Shown here one piece after another: positions 48,401 to 58,186 of a stretch of DNA of 61,797 nt. Position 1 is the stretch's first letter, and each line of letters begins with the position of its first letter. The DNA lies in the sequence record DRR723986_5041, one strand, 5' to 3'. The notes under the pieces are model-generated. The model saw only the letters and a program-made list of their open reading frames with translations, did not search any database and was not told the DNA's origin. Position numbers and translations under genes: made by a program.

Positions 48401-50874
48401 CCTCCAGCCGCGGCACCGTTTGTGCCGAGCACCTGACCGGCAAAATACGAGTTCGAGATCGTAAGATCTTCTGCGTACCCAACCAGTCCACCAGCCTCCC
48501 GAAAGCTCCCTGACGAGGTGACTGTCGCCGTCGAATAGGAATTTTCGATCCTGTTGTCGTTGTCGTCTGTGGTGCCGACAAGACCACCGACCTGCCCTCC
48601 GGTTATCGATCCAGTCGAGCTGGAATTCGATATTATCAGCCCTTCACCCATAATTGCGACGAGGCCGCCGGTAGCACTGCCCCCATCCGTCGTCGTGACG
48701 GAAACATCGGCATGAACATTGGTCATGGTCGACTGGTCGATGTTGCCGAAATACCTGGCCACGACGCCTGCGCCCCAGGAATTCGCCTGAACAATTCCAC
48801 TGACAGTCACATTCGACATGTTGTGACCGTGATAGTTCCCACCGCCTGTGTCGCCTACCAGAATTGCCGTCTGGTTGTCGCCGGTAACAGACGCGTTCGT
48901 GAGTGTGAGGTCCTTTATCTCCAGGTCACGTCCGGAAGTGAAATAGTTGTCTTGCCAATAACTTATGAGTGCGACATTACCTTCGGAAGGCCGGTTGATA
49001 TAGAGGCCGTCTATCGTATGTCCCTTGCCATCCAGGCTTCCGGAAAAGGAAACAGGGTCAAAGCCAGCACCGTTATTCCACGATGATGTCATCGACGCGT
49101 CGATATCGTTCGCAAGCTCATAGTAAAGGCTGATATCGCCGGACCCGCCACCACGCCTGTCACTGGTCGTGATCCCTTGCAGGCCATAAACGTCAAATAG
49201 CGCATAAGGGTTGGAAAAAGTGCCATCGCCACCCTGCGCCCGGATGAAAGTGCCGAATCCAACACTCAGTGCGTTCGTGGCAAAGTCTGGCAGGCCCGTG
49301 CCGACCTGATCCCAGACACCCCTTGTGAGAGCGAAATTGTCGACATCGACCGCGCCGGCCGCTCCCGTCGAGATCGTGCCGACAGCAGCCGTGCCGCTGT
49401 TGCCGTAGGCCAGCAGGGTCAGCCCACCGTTCTGGCCGTCAATGGCCGCATTGATCGCGATGTCGTTATAGGCATTGAGCGTGAGCCTGTTTGTGCTCGT
49501 CCAGGTGATGCCGGAATTGATGGTGATGTTGCCGTCGCCGGCACTCTGGTTGCCTGGACCGCTTGCAGACGAGTTGGTGGTCTGCAGGCTCACGTTGTTG
49601 CTGGCGAGGTTGGAAGAGATCGTTGCAGCCGCCGCCGCATCGACCGTCAGGTCAACCGGGTCGATCAGCCAGAGTCCGGTCTGACCGCCTTCAGACGAGG
49701 TATCGACCGTGATGCCGGCAAAATCGATCGTGTTTCGGGCAGACGTTTCGACAAAGCCACCTTCACCGCCCACGCCACCCCTGGCGCTCAACGTTCCGGA
49801 AACACTTGCCGTGTCCTCGGCATACACCACGATTTCACCACCCTTGACGCCGCTTTCTTCCGCCGAGGCGTCGAGCGTACCGGTGATCGTGATTTCTCCG
49901 CCCGTCACCGTGATAGCGCCACCCTCGGTCGCCGGCTTTGCACCCGGCACCGGAACGTTCTCCGCCAGTCTGCGCGACTTGAGCTTGCCACTGACCTGGA
50001 CCTTGCCCGTATTGCCCGCCGTCAGGAATATCCGGCCACCGGAAGTGCTGACACCGGTTGCCTTGACGACACCATCCGTGTTTCCAGCCAGCGCAAAGAC
50101 ATTGCCGCCATTCGCGCGGATTTCAGCGTTGGCCGCCGCGATGGTTCCGGAATTGAGTGCTTCGGTATCGGCTCCCCCAAGCTTGACCGACAACAGGCCG
50201 TCTGCATCGGCGATGTCTTTCATCAGGACTTCGTAGCCAGCGGCAAGGGCTGCGGTGCCGTTGGGCGCTTCAAGCGTGCCACTGTTTTCAACGCGGCGCG
50301 CAATCAGTGCAATGTCACCCTGCGCTGACCGGATAGTGCCCGCATTTACGACTTCGGCACCGCTCGTGCCGGAAAAGGTCAGGCCGCCGCCATTCAGAAA
50401 ATCGCTGTCGGTAACGTCCTGCGTCGAAGCGACAAACGAACCACCTGTCGACACAAGGCCGCCGCTGCCAACCGCAACTCCGGCGGGATTGACGAGAAAC
50501 ACGCTGCCCGTCGCGCTGAGGCTGCCATCGATACGGCTCGGCACATTGCCCGTGACCCGATTGAGCGTGGCACCGGCGCCGTTGTCGAAATGAACCTGAT
50601 TGCCGGAGCCGATGGAAAAGCTGCCCCAGTTCACGATACCGGCATCGCTTGATTGCTTCACATCAACCCGTGAACCACCTTGCGTAATGGTTCCGTTGCC
50701 ATGCGTGAAACTGCCCCCTTGCGGCAGGGCATCGCCGGAAAATGCTGCGGTGGGGACAAGAGCTGTCGTCAGCAGCAGAAATGCGGCAAGGGAGGCTGTC
50801 CGGTTAGAGCCGGATGGAATGGCAGGCTCAACCGGTGCGCTTGAAACGCCGGTGCTTCGGGTCCTGAACGCCAT
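45487..50874 (-). CDS. TpsA filamentous-haemagglutinin-type adhesin with GLUG repeats and an MBG-like domain
   Basis: TPS domain (NWGSFSIG, LNRV, FLVNPAG), WLIDP, many VGGLVG/GGLIG repeats, DKSKVYDG. Start at ATG 50874 (TTG 50883 possible). Confidence 0.9.
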   Translation of the reverse strand: MAFRTRSTGVSSAPVEPAIPSGSNRTASLAAFLLLTTALVPTAAFSGDALPQGGSFTHGNGTITQGGSRVDVKQSSDAGIVNWGSFSIGSGNQVHFDNGAGATLNRVTGNVPSRIDGSLSATGSVFLVNPAGVAVGSGGLVSTGGSFVASTQDVTDSDFLNGGGLTFSGTSGAEVVNAGTIRSAQGDIALIARRVENSGTLEAPNGTAALAAGYEVLMKDIADADGLLSVKLGGADTEALNSGTIAAANAEIRANGGNVFALAGNTDGVVKATGVSTSGGRIFLTAGNTGKVQVSGKLKSRRLAENVPVPGAKPATEGGAITVTGGEITITGTLDASAEESGVKGGEIVVYAEDTASVSGTLSARGGVGGEGGFVETSARNTIDFAGITVDTSSEGGQTGLWLIDPVDLTVDAAAAATISSNLASNNVSLQTTNSSASGPGNQSAGDGNITINSGITWTSTNRLTLNAYNDIAINAAIDGQNGGLTLLAYGNSGTAAVGTISTGAAGAVDVDNFALTRGVWDQVGTGLPDFATNALSVGFGTFIRAQGGDGTFSNPYALFDVYGLQGITTSDRRGGGSGDISLYYELANDIDASMTSSWNNGAGFDPVSFSGSLDGKGHTIDGLYINRPSEGNVALISYWQDNYFTSGRDLEIKDLTLTNASVTGDNQTAILVGDTGGGNYHGHNMSNVTVSGIVQANSWGAGVVARYFGNIDQSTMTNVHADVSVTTTDGGSATGGLVAIMGEGLIISNSSSTGSITGGQVGGLVGTTDDNDNRIENSYSTATVTSSGSFREAGGLVGYAEDLTISNSYFAGQVLGTNGAAAGGLIGTADRNTVIQNSFVTGLVEAEGYAAALVAEVSDSSVSITDTAWDTETTGQTEVIGYTNSYTPTVTNTSGLTTSQMQGSLTLGSFTLDSSIWGTGSGLFPYFKWEYAATPEAVSGIVYSDAGTTAQSGANVSALSGGNLVGSAVTGANGYYYILTTAGSLNSAGALAYLDGESTKAATFADTVTSTGVSGADIWGNAFNVNTGAAATTDVVTALDTTIGAFSDTDLNFLRNTSAVVRTDQNGNSLDFNLNATSNFNLDNNLYAGGNLTVATNGTFSVGDSNAILWAHDGDLTVNGDVAWSNSNQLSLYADASNASIKINGSVTAANGKLRVDQTSSATNVTSTATGDIHVDDFQSDTAWLQVGSSLPDFYARDFDIQGGHFVRALGGDGSQANPYQIFDVYSLQGIQSGSGTTPVNYVLTRDIDASGTAAWNSGSGFASTSLRGNFDGGGHTIDGLTSTGNFNTIGLFGVVRADGQDISIHDLKLTNVNIAGGIGVGGLIGNAVGGKVSVSDVSVGGTVTGAGNVGGVAGRMASEYSVTDTHSSADVTTTAYAAGGLIGDGQTSDASQVTRSSASGNVSGRYDIGGLMGRASNVDVSRSHASGTVTLLADNTGGTTTPYGAGGLIGYIGSGSVDLSYATGTVQSSDSIATRLGGLVAHSLGAPITRSFATGDVIHTGSTAGGLVGLTVSSISDSYATGDVSGTNEIGGLVGRMLDGASVTRSYATGAVSASVNGGGLVGTMDAGTITLTNSVWDTQTTGLNNAVGNQLGGSVTNVSGVTSSAMQQIDTFVSAGFGIDDQGGTANTWRIYEGQTTPLLRGFLTAITVTGDDKSKVYDGTVYSGGFTYALSSAGASLLGSFDGGAAVMATAAGSYAIGNSFYSHQFGYDIVSVDGTLTITSPSETSVSSGNGQSSTDPRQQVLERNRLQNPDADEALEGNPSACEPGVVGGEGAVHPCNRSFGRWLSAAAE

Positions 50875-50978
50875 TTGTATCAATACTCCCGCTGTTGCGT
50901 CGTCTTGTGCCCACGACGGTCAACATTGGTGTAAATACAGATGGCGAGAGATCGAATTCCACCTACCAATACTAATCA

Positions 50979-50996
50979 ATTCTGACAGATTCTGAC
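50979..50996. promoter_or_regulatory. candidate OmpR-family tandem binding site
   Basis: ATTCTGAC direct repeat at a 10-bp period in the tpsA/kinase divergent region. Confidence 0.5.
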
Positions 50997-51102
50997 GAGA
51001 CTTGCTTCCTTTGGGTGACACCTGCCTGAAATCGAAGCTGCCGCAATCAAGGCCTCGAAACTGTTACTTGAACAGGCAGGCCGCTTCCGTCATCACAAGC
51101 GC

Positions 51103-52560
51103 ATGCTCGATCTCAAGACCATGTTGCTGCTGGAATTCGCGACAACCGCTTTCATGTCCGTTGCCTGGCTTCTCGTCTGGTTCGTCTGGCGTCAGATCTA
51201 TGAGCTGAAGGTCATTGCGGCCGGCTTCTTCGCCATTGCGATTGGTTTGTTTCTCTATTTGCAGCGCGGTCCGGACCCATCGCTCATTCGCGTCGTGACG
51301 GACAACATGGTGCTCAAGTTTGGCCTGGTCCTGTGGGCCGACGGCCTGGCGCGCTTCCTCGGACAACCACGTTTTGTCGGTATCAGCGCGTTCTGTCTCG
51401 CGGCACAGCTCCTGTTCTGGATCTTCGCCGTTGTCTATGACCCGACAGACCTCGGCCTGCGCATTCATGCCTCCACTGCCTTCACGGTGGTGATGATGGC
51501 ACTGATGATCCGGACGCTTTACCGCGACCGCTCCCAACCCCCTTTCCTGCGCTGGATCATGATCTTCCTGCTTGGGGAATATTCCGCCGCAAGTCTGCTG
51601 CAGAGCGCACTCGTCTATATTCAGCCCTCGACGGTTGCCAATCCGGTGATGACCAACATCAATACCTGGTACTTCTTCCAGGGACACATCTTCATTGTCG
51701 GCTTTTTCTTCTGTCTGATCTTCATGGTGGGCATGCGCCTGTCCATGGATTTGCGCGACCGAAACGCTGCGCTTGCGCGCGAAGTAACATTGCGGCGACG
51801 CCTGGAGGGAGAACTGTCCGCCAGTCTGGAAGGGGAAAAGACCGCCCGCCAGGACCAGCGCCAGTTGATGCGCATGGTCAGCCATGAGTTTCGCACCCCC
51901 CTGGCCGCAATCCGCTACGCAAGCGACATGCTCACCCTGATGCTGGAACGACCGCAGCAAGCTGTCGCCCAACGTCTGAAAAGCATCGACGAGGCCGTTT
52001 CCCGCATGACGATGCTGATCGATCGTTTTCTTGCAAGCGAGCGGCAGGATGAAGGTGTGCTCAAGATCGAGCAGGTGGATTTCTCGGCCCTTTATGAGGA
52101 CGTTCAGCGGCACTTCGACCATGCCGGCCTTGGCGAACGCCTCAGACTTCATCCCGTTGCGCCGATGCCGGCATACCGGGGAGATACCGAGATGCTCCGC
52201 ACGGTGATCGTCAATCTGGTCGACAACGCGCTCAAATACTCACCAAAGGACGCCGAGGTCGAGATCACGATAGGAGTCCGGAACGGTGATATCGTTCTGG
52301 AAGTGAAAGACCGCGGGATCGGCATTCCGGATCGGGACCTGGCGCAGATCGGCAACCGCTTCTACAGGGCCTCGAACACTGGCGGAACCGGAGGCAGCGG
52401 GCTCGGCCTGCATTCCTGCCAGCAGCTCGTCGGATATCACCAGGGACATCTGGATTTGAGTGCAAGACAAGGCGGCGGCACGCTTGCCAGGGTTTTCCTG
52501 CCTCTTCCCGGATTTGCGCGAGCGGACTCTGAGACCATGCAGGAGGAGGAACCGGCATGA
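51103..52560 (+). CDS. membrane sensor histidine kinase (multi-TM N-terminus)
   Basis: About 7 TM helices; SHEFRTPL, NLVDNALKYS, DRGIGI, GSGLGL. Confidence 0.92.
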   Translation: MLDLKTMLLLEFATTAFMSVAWLLVWFVWRQIYELKVIAAGFFAIAIGLFLYLQRGPDPSLIRVVTDNMVLKFGLVLWADGLARFLGQPRFVGISAFCLAAQLLFWIFAVVYDPTDLGLRIHASTAFTVVMMALMIRTLYRDRSQPPFLRWIMIFLLGEYSAASLLQSALVYIQPSTVANPVMTNINTWYFFQGHIFIVGFFFCLIFMVGMRLSMDLRDRNAALAREVTLRRRLEGELSASLEGEKTARQDQRQLMRMVSHEFRTPLAAIRYASDMLTLMLERPQQAVAQRLKSIDEAVSRMTMLIDRFLASERQDEGVLKIEQVDFSALYEDVQRHFDHAGLGERLRLHPVAPMPAYRGDTEMLRTVIVNLVDNALKYSPKDAEVEITIGVRNGDIVLEVKDRGIGIPDRDLAQIGNRFYRASNTGGTGGSGLGLHSCQQLVGYHQGHLDLSARQGGGTLARVFLPLPGFARADSETMQEEEPA

Positions 52561-53252
52561 ACAGGATTTTGATCGTGGAGGACGAAAGTGCTCTTCGCGC
52601 CGATCTGTTGGATTATATGCGTCTCAACGGCTTTCAGGTCAGCGGCGCAGGCGGCGCGGCTGAAATGTGGACCGCGCTGGATGACGCCGAAAGACCGGAT
52701 GTCGTGATCCTGGATGTCTCGTTGCCGGACGGAAACGGCTTCGACCTTGCAGGTGCGCTGAGGGCGAAAATCAATTGCGGCATCATCATGCTGACCGCAC
52801 ACGGTGACAGCGAAAGCCGTGTCCGCGGGTTCGACAGCGGCGCGGACATCTATCTCGTCAAGCACACCAGCCTCAGGGAAATACTGGCTGCGGTGCAGAG
52901 CCTCATACGCAGACTGTCCGGTGCGTCATCAGAAGGCAACAGCACGGCAGAATGGGTGTTGGACAATGTCTCCTGGAAGCTTCTGCCGCCGGACGGCGAC
53001 GCCATAAAGTTGACCGCAACCGAAAGGATCTTTCTGGAAGCCCTGGTCTCCAATTCCGGCGCTCCTTGCGCCCGGGACGATCTTTCCCGGCTTCTTTCCA
53101 ATCGCCAGACCCAATTCGACAACCGGCATCTGGATGCCGTCGTCAGCCGCCTCAGGCGCAAGATCCAGGATCAGACCGGGGTGGAATCACCCATCAAGTC
53201 TGTCTATGGCGTCGGATATTCCTTCAGTGCCGCCTGCAAGATGGACAGCTAG
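52557..53252 (+). CDS. OmpR/PhoB-family response regulator
   Basis: ILIVEDE, VILDVSLP, GADIYLVK, LDAVVSRLRRKI, VYGVGY. Confidence 0.93.
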   Translation: MNRILIVEDESALRADLLDYMRLNGFQVSGAGGAAEMWTALDDAERPDVVILDVSLPDGNGFDLAGALRAKINCGIIMLTAHGDSESRVRGFDSGADIYLVKHTSLREILAAVQSLIRRLSGASSEGNSTAEWVLDNVSWKLLPPDGDAIKLTATERIFLEALVSNSGAPCARDDLSRLLSNRQTQFDNRHLDAVVSRLRRKIQDQTGVESPIKSVYGVGYSFSAACKMDS

Positions 53253-53364
53253 CCCGGTTTGCCTCGCTGAGGCTGCCGAACACGCGGCGGAACCCGAAGG
53301 GTCTGGCACCCTCGCCGTGCATATTTCCGTCGACGTTCGGAATTCTGATATAAGGTGCCTCCAA

Positions 53365-54678
53365 ATGAGGCAATCCGGGATGTCAGGCGCAATCAGTTTT
53401 CAGAAAATATCCGCCGTGCTGGCCGTTTTTGCGATGTCCTGCCTGGCGACACTCCTGCTGTTGACTGCCGCAAATGCGCGGGATCTTCGTGTCCTGACGT
53501 CCTTTCCGGACTATTTCACGAAGCCCTTCGTCGATGCGTTTTCGAAGAAGTATCCGGCGATCAACGTTACCGTCCTGAACAAGAACACGGTTGCCTCGGT
53601 CGAGGAAATCCTGCTGGACAACCCGCGCGGCTTCGACCTGTTCTGGTCGTCATCGCCGGAGGCCTTTTCCCTTCTCGAGAAATTCGGCCGCCTGCGGGAA
53701 CGCTCACAGGACAGCAGCCAGACCTTTGTCGATTTCGCCTATTCCGGTGTCGGCTGGTGCTGGATGGAAGACTTTGAAGGCAGGCCGCCCACAAGCTGGA
53801 ACGATCTGCTGGACGCACGCTTTCAGGACAGGCTGGCCATGTCCCACCCTGCCCGGTCTGGGTCCACGCACATGCTGCTGGAAGTCATCCTTCAAGACCG
53901 CGGCTGGGATCGGGGCTGGCAGTATATCTTCGGCCTGTCCCAGAACCTCAAGACCATCACCGCCCGCAGTTTCAGTGTCATAGAGGGGCTCAAGCGCGGC
54001 CGCTTCGATGTTGGTCTGTCGATCGATTTTCTCGCGCTGACGGAAGCCGACGACGGCGTCCGCTTTCAATATGGTCAGCCGGTCATGATGGCCCCTGCCC
54101 GGATTTCCGTTCTCAACCACGGTTCCGCCCATGAGGAGGCGGGTCTGTTCATCGATTTCATGTTGAGCAAACCGGCGCAGGAACTGCTGACACAGCCCGA
54201 CATCCGCAGGATCCCGGTGGACACCACTGTTCGCGAACAATCCTTGAACCAGTTCCCCAGGGAAGTGCAGGCTGCGCTGAAATTCAGCTGGTCCACCTAT
54301 GACCCCAATCTTGCCGAAACACGGTATCAGGCCGTCAACGACCTGTTCGACATCTTCATCACCAGAAATCTGGTTCAACGCAGAAACCTGTTGAGGCGCC
54401 TGGAAACGTTGAGCAGTCAGGCGCCTCCCGAACTCGTTCCTTCGCTGATCAAGATTAAGAAGAAGCTCAACCAGCTTCCCGTGTCCGAGCTCGATGCCGT
54501 GCGCTCGGAACGCTACCGGGACGCACAGGAGGAAGGCGCGAACTCGCTTGTCGGAACAGGCGAGGAATGGAGCCTTGCCACCTGGCGCGTTGCCGCCAGG
54601 GAGCAACTGGCGGAAGTCGATGCCATGCTGACCGGGCTCGAGGCAAGCATCCGGAATGGTCTGGCTGTCAATGACTGA
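53365..54678 (+). CDS. periplasmic binding protein acting as sensor, PgtC-like
   Basis: Signal peptide, VLTSFP, DLFWSSSP, MSHPARSGSTH; overlaps the kinase start. Confidence 0.75.
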   Translation: MRQSGMSGAISFQKISAVLAVFAMSCLATLLLLTAANARDLRVLTSFPDYFTKPFVDAFSKKYPAINVTVLNKNTVASVEEILLDNPRGFDLFWSSSPEAFSLLEKFGRLRERSQDSSQTFVDFAYSGVGWCWMEDFEGRPPTSWNDLLDARFQDRLAMSHPARSGSTHMLLEVILQDRGWDRGWQYIFGLSQNLKTITARSFSVIEGLKRGRFDVGLSIDFLALTEADDGVRFQYGQPVMMAPARISVLNHGSAHEEAGLFIDFMLSKPAQELLTQPDIRRIPVDTTVREQSLNQFPREVQAALKFSWSTYDPNLAETRYQAVNDLFDIFITRNLVQRRNLLRRLETLSSQAPPELVPSLIKIKKKLNQLPVSELDAVRSERYRDAQEEGANSLVGTGEEWSLATWRVAAREQLAEVDAMLTGLEASIRNGLAVND

Positions 54679-56716
54679 GACGGCAAACCGCGGGCGCGGC
54701 ACGATATGGTTTCGATTGCTGCTGTCCATCCTCACGATCGCCGCGATCACCTGGATCATCCTGGCCATCGGCGTGGTCTTCTTCACTCAGGCACGCAGCG
54801 ATTTTGGCGAGATCACCGAAAAGAGCATTCCGGAAATCGCCCTGGCCTCCGAGCTTTCCGAATATGCGACACGCCTTGCCGTCATCGCGACCGAGATTGC
54901 CGCGCAGACCCGGGAACGCGAACCGGAAGCCATGCGCGAGGATGTGGAAGCCGCAAGCCAGGGCATTTCGGGCCTTCTGGAAACAAACATCCTGAGCGAC
55001 ACGAAAAACACCGCGAAGATAATCGAGGCGAAGGAAACCTTGAGCGACAAGCTCGGGTCCTTCCTGCAGGTCTCCCGGGATCTGCAGGCAATCAACAGAT
55101 CGCTGGAACACTACCAGGTGGAACTGCGCTGGCTGCAGATCGATATCCAGACCGAAGTCGCTGCCCGCATTCAGGACCTGTCCTTCAACATCGACAGCCT
55201 GTCGTCAGAAATGGTCCGCTCGCAGTCGCGCACCGACCGGGTCGCGGCTGCCGCGATCATCCGGCAGGAAACCCTTCTTCGCGAACAGATGCAGACAATC
55301 GGGTCAAGCACGGCGACGGCGATTACCTTCCTGCTGCAGGCGCTTTATGTCGACACGGCGGAAAAACTCGCACAGCTCGAAGATCTGAATTTCGACGCGC
55401 TTGAAAACCTCCAGGGCATGCTGGCGGAGGTCCCGCAAAAGGCCGACACCGAGACGCTGGTGTCCTCGCTGGAGCGGCTGCAGGCCTTCGCCTATGACGA
55501 AACGGGGGTCTTTGCAGGATCGCGTGACCGGATCGAGCTGCAGCAACAGGCACTTGGCGACCTCAGCACCGCACAGGCCGCCGTCGCAGATCTTCAGGCA
55601 GCCCTGGTCGAGTTGGGCAGGGAACGCCGTCTTGCCGCCCTCACCTTCACCAATCAGGCAGCCGAACGGCTGCGCATTGCCTCTCTGCTGCTGGCCGTCG
55701 CAACTGTCATCTGCGGCGTCATCTGCGCCGGCATTCTGCTGTTTTATGTCCGCAACCAGATCGTTGCCCGATTGCACCGGCTGGCAGAAGCCCTGATCGA
55801 GATCGCTCAGGGCAATCTCTCCACGCCGATCCCCACACGCGGCAACGACGAAATTGCCCGCATGGGGGCAGCGACGGAGATCTTCAGATCCTCCGTAGTC
55901 GAACTGAACAGAACCCACGAAAACCTGCAAAAGGAAATCGTGGAGCGCAAACGCGCCTTCGACCAGTTGAAGCAGACCCAGCGCGAACTAGTTCAGGCCG
56001 GCAAGCTAGCGGCTCTCGGCCAGATGTCTGCGGGCATCAGTCACGAACTGAACCAGCCGCTCGCGGCCATGAAACATCACCTGCATAACCTTCGACTACT
56101 GCTTGCCAAGGGCAAGAGCGAAGCGGTCGAAGCCAAGGTCGACGTCGTTGAAAACCTTGCCGAGCGGATGTCGCGCGTCATCAAGCACCTGAACGGCATA
56201 GCCCGCCGTTCGGACTACGCGGTCAAGGACCTGATGCTGGAACAGGCCCTGGAACCTGTCGTTTCGCTGTTCGAGCGGCGCCTGGAGGAAAGCAACGTCG
56301 CGCTCAATGTCTCCGACTCTGCCGGCAAGCTAACCCTCCGCGCGGATCCCGTGTTGCTGGAACAGGTCCTGATCAACGTCATCGGCAACTCGGTCGACGC
56401 CATCGACATGAAAGCGGCAGGCGGTGGTGAAATCCGCATCGAGGCAGAACAAACTGCCGGTGACGCGACCATCCTGATCGCCGACAACGGCATCGGCCTT
56501 CAGGGGCAATCGGCAACGCAGCTGACCGACCCGTTCGTGACCACCAAGGAAGTCGGCAAGGGTCTCGGTCTTGGATTGACCATCTCCTTCAACATCATGC
56601 AGGACATGGACGGGCATCTGGAACTTGCGGAAAACGACCGGGGTGGCGTAACCGTTCAGCTGAGGCTGCCATGCGCGGCACAGAATAAGGTGGGGCAGCT
56701 TGAGCACTCGGTTTGA
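54671..56716 (+). CDS. sensor histidine kinase, PgtB/DctB-like
   Basis: Two TM helices flanking a large helical periplasmic domain, HAMP (GNDEIARM), [20 protein letters not shown]. Confidence 0.88.
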   Translation: MTETANRGRGTIWFRLLLSILTIAAITWIILAIGVVFFTQARSDFGEITEKSIPEIALASELSEYATRLAVIATEIAAQTREREPEAMREDVEAASQGISGLLETNILSDTKNTAKIIEAKETLSDKLGSFLQVSRDLQAINRSLEHYQVELRWLQIDIQTEVAARIQDLSFNIDSLSSEMVRSQSRTDRVAAAAIIRQETLLREQMQTIGSSTATAITFLLQALYVDTAEKLAQLEDLNFDALENLQGMLAEVPQKADTETLVSSLERLQAFAYDETGVFAGSRDRIELQQQALGDLSTAQAAVADLQAALVELGRERRLAALTFTNQAAERLRIASLLLAVATVICGVICAGILLFYVRNQIVARLHRLAEALIEIAQGNLSTPIPTRGNDEIARMGAATEIFRSSVVELNRTHENLQKEIVERKRAFDQLKQTQRELVQAGKLAALGQMSAGISHELNQPLAAMKHHLHNLRLLLAKGKSEAVEAKVDVVENLAERMSRVIKHLNGIARRSDYAVKDLMLEQALEPVVSLFERRLEESNVALNVSDSAGKLTLRADPVLLEQVLINVIGNSVDAIDMKAAGGGEIRIEAEQTAGDATILIADNGIGLQGQSATQLTDPFVTTKEVGKGLGLGLTISFNIMQDMDGHLELAENDRGGVTVQLRLPCAAQNKVGQLEHSV

Positions 56717-58037
56717 AACGGGCGAAATCGTTCTGGTCGACGATGATGCGGATCTGCTTGAAGCAATGCAGGAAACGCTCGAGCTCGCCGGGTTCAGCGT
56801 GCGTTGCTACGCCAACGCCAATGTGATTGCCGAACAGATCCAGCCCAACTGGAACGGCATCGTCATCAGCGATATTCGCATGCCCGGCAGAACCGGCATG
56901 GAGTTTCTGCGCCTGATCCAGGAAAATGCCCCCCAGGTCCCCTTCATCGTCATTACGGCACACGGCGACGTGAAGACTGCGATCCAGGCGATGAAGCACA
57001 ACGCCTATGACTTCATCGAGAAATCCACCGAACCGCAACACCTGATCGACACGGCCCGCCGGGCACTTGAAAAGCGCAGGCTGCAACTCGAAAACCTGGC
57101 GCTGCGGCGCAAGGTTCAGCGCATCCGCGATCCTCAGGGTGAGCTTATCGGCAGTTCGCAGGTCATGGCTGACCTGCGGTCGACGATTTCGCGCATCGGC
57201 CCGCTGAATGTCGATGTGCTTCTGCACGGCGAAACCGGCACCGGCAAGGACCTGACCGCACGCTGTCTGCACCAACTGTCCCCACGCGCGCCGGGACCGC
57301 TTGTGACGATCAACTGCGGTGCCGTCACGGAGATGGACATCGACCGCGAACTGTTCGGCTTCGAAACCGAAAACGGATCCTTCCCGGGGCGGATCGAACG
57401 GGCGCAGGGCGGAACACTCTATCTGGATGAACTTGATTCCATGCCCAATGCGCTGCAGACGCGGTTTCTGCGTGTACTGGAAGAGCGCAAGATCACAAGA
57501 CTGGGCGGCAGCGATGCCGTCCCGGTCGACATCCGCGTCATCGCCGGCGTGAAGACCAACCCAGCTGCCCTCGTAAACGATGGCCGCCTGCGGGGCGATC
57601 TCTATCACCGGATGAATGTGGCGACCCTGTCCCTTCCGCCGGTGCGTGAACGCGGCGGGGATGTCATCGAACTGATGGAACACCTTCTGGATCAGGCCTC
57701 GGAAAATCACGGCCTGCCGCTTCCGAAACTGTCGCAGCGCCAGAAAAAGCAGTTCCTCACCTATGACTGGCCCGGCAATGTTCGCGAAATTCGCAACATC
57801 GCTGCACGGCTTGTCATCGGCCTGGAGGCTGACCTGCAGATAGGCAGCGGCCAGCCCATTGAGGTCTCCACAGGCTATGAGGCAGCCATGACCGCATTCG
57901 AAACCGAGCTCTTGCAGAACGCTCTGCTACAGACCGGTGGCCGCAAGGCAGAAGCCGCCGAACTGCTCGGTATCCCGCGCAAGAGACTTTACCTGCGCCT
58001 GAAAAGCTGCGGCCTTGCGGAGGAAGACGGGTCATGA
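56700..58037 (+). CDS. NtrC-family response regulator, PgtA/DctD-like (no GAFTGA)
   Basis: Receiver domain (SDIRMPG), GETGTGK, LYLDE, WPGNVRE, Fis-type HTH. Confidence 0.9.
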   Translation: MSTRFETGEIVLVDDDADLLEAMQETLELAGFSVRCYANANVIAEQIQPNWNGIVISDIRMPGRTGMEFLRLIQENAPQVPFIVITAHGDVKTAIQAMKHNAYDFIEKSTEPQHLIDTARRALEKRRLQLENLALRRKVQRIRDPQGELIGSSQVMADLRSTISRIGPLNVDVLLHGETGTGKDLTARCLHQLSPRAPGPLVTINCGAVTEMDIDRELFGFETENGSFPGRIERAQGGTLYLDELDSMPNALQTRFLRVLEERKITRLGGSDAVPVDIRVIAGVKTNPAALVNDGRLRGDLYHRMNVATLSLPPVRERGGDVIELMEHLLDQASENHGLPLPKLSQRQKKQFLTYDWPGNVREIRNIAARLVIGLEADLQIGSGQPIEVSTGYEAAMTAFETELLQNALLQTGGRKAEAAELLGIPRKRLYLRLKSCGLAEEDGS

Positions 58038-58121
58038 TCGACACGTTGAACGTGTCAGTTTTGACACAAAAATATCAATAAATTCAATAATTTGACTCGA
58101 AAATTTCGCCAGTGATAGCGT
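58029..58121 (+). promoter_or_regulatory. tandem activator sites plus sigma70-like promoter of the ABC operon
   Basis: GGGTCA-N4-CGACAC (58029-58044), GTGTCA-N4-TGACAC (58052-58067), TTGACT (58092-58097)-N18-TAGCGT (58116-58121) with a TGn extension. Confidence 0.55.
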
Positions 58122-58186
58122 TTCCTCGCTGAACGAACAAGGGGCTGGATCACCCCCTTGCGTCAGAATGGAGGAGACATAATCCA

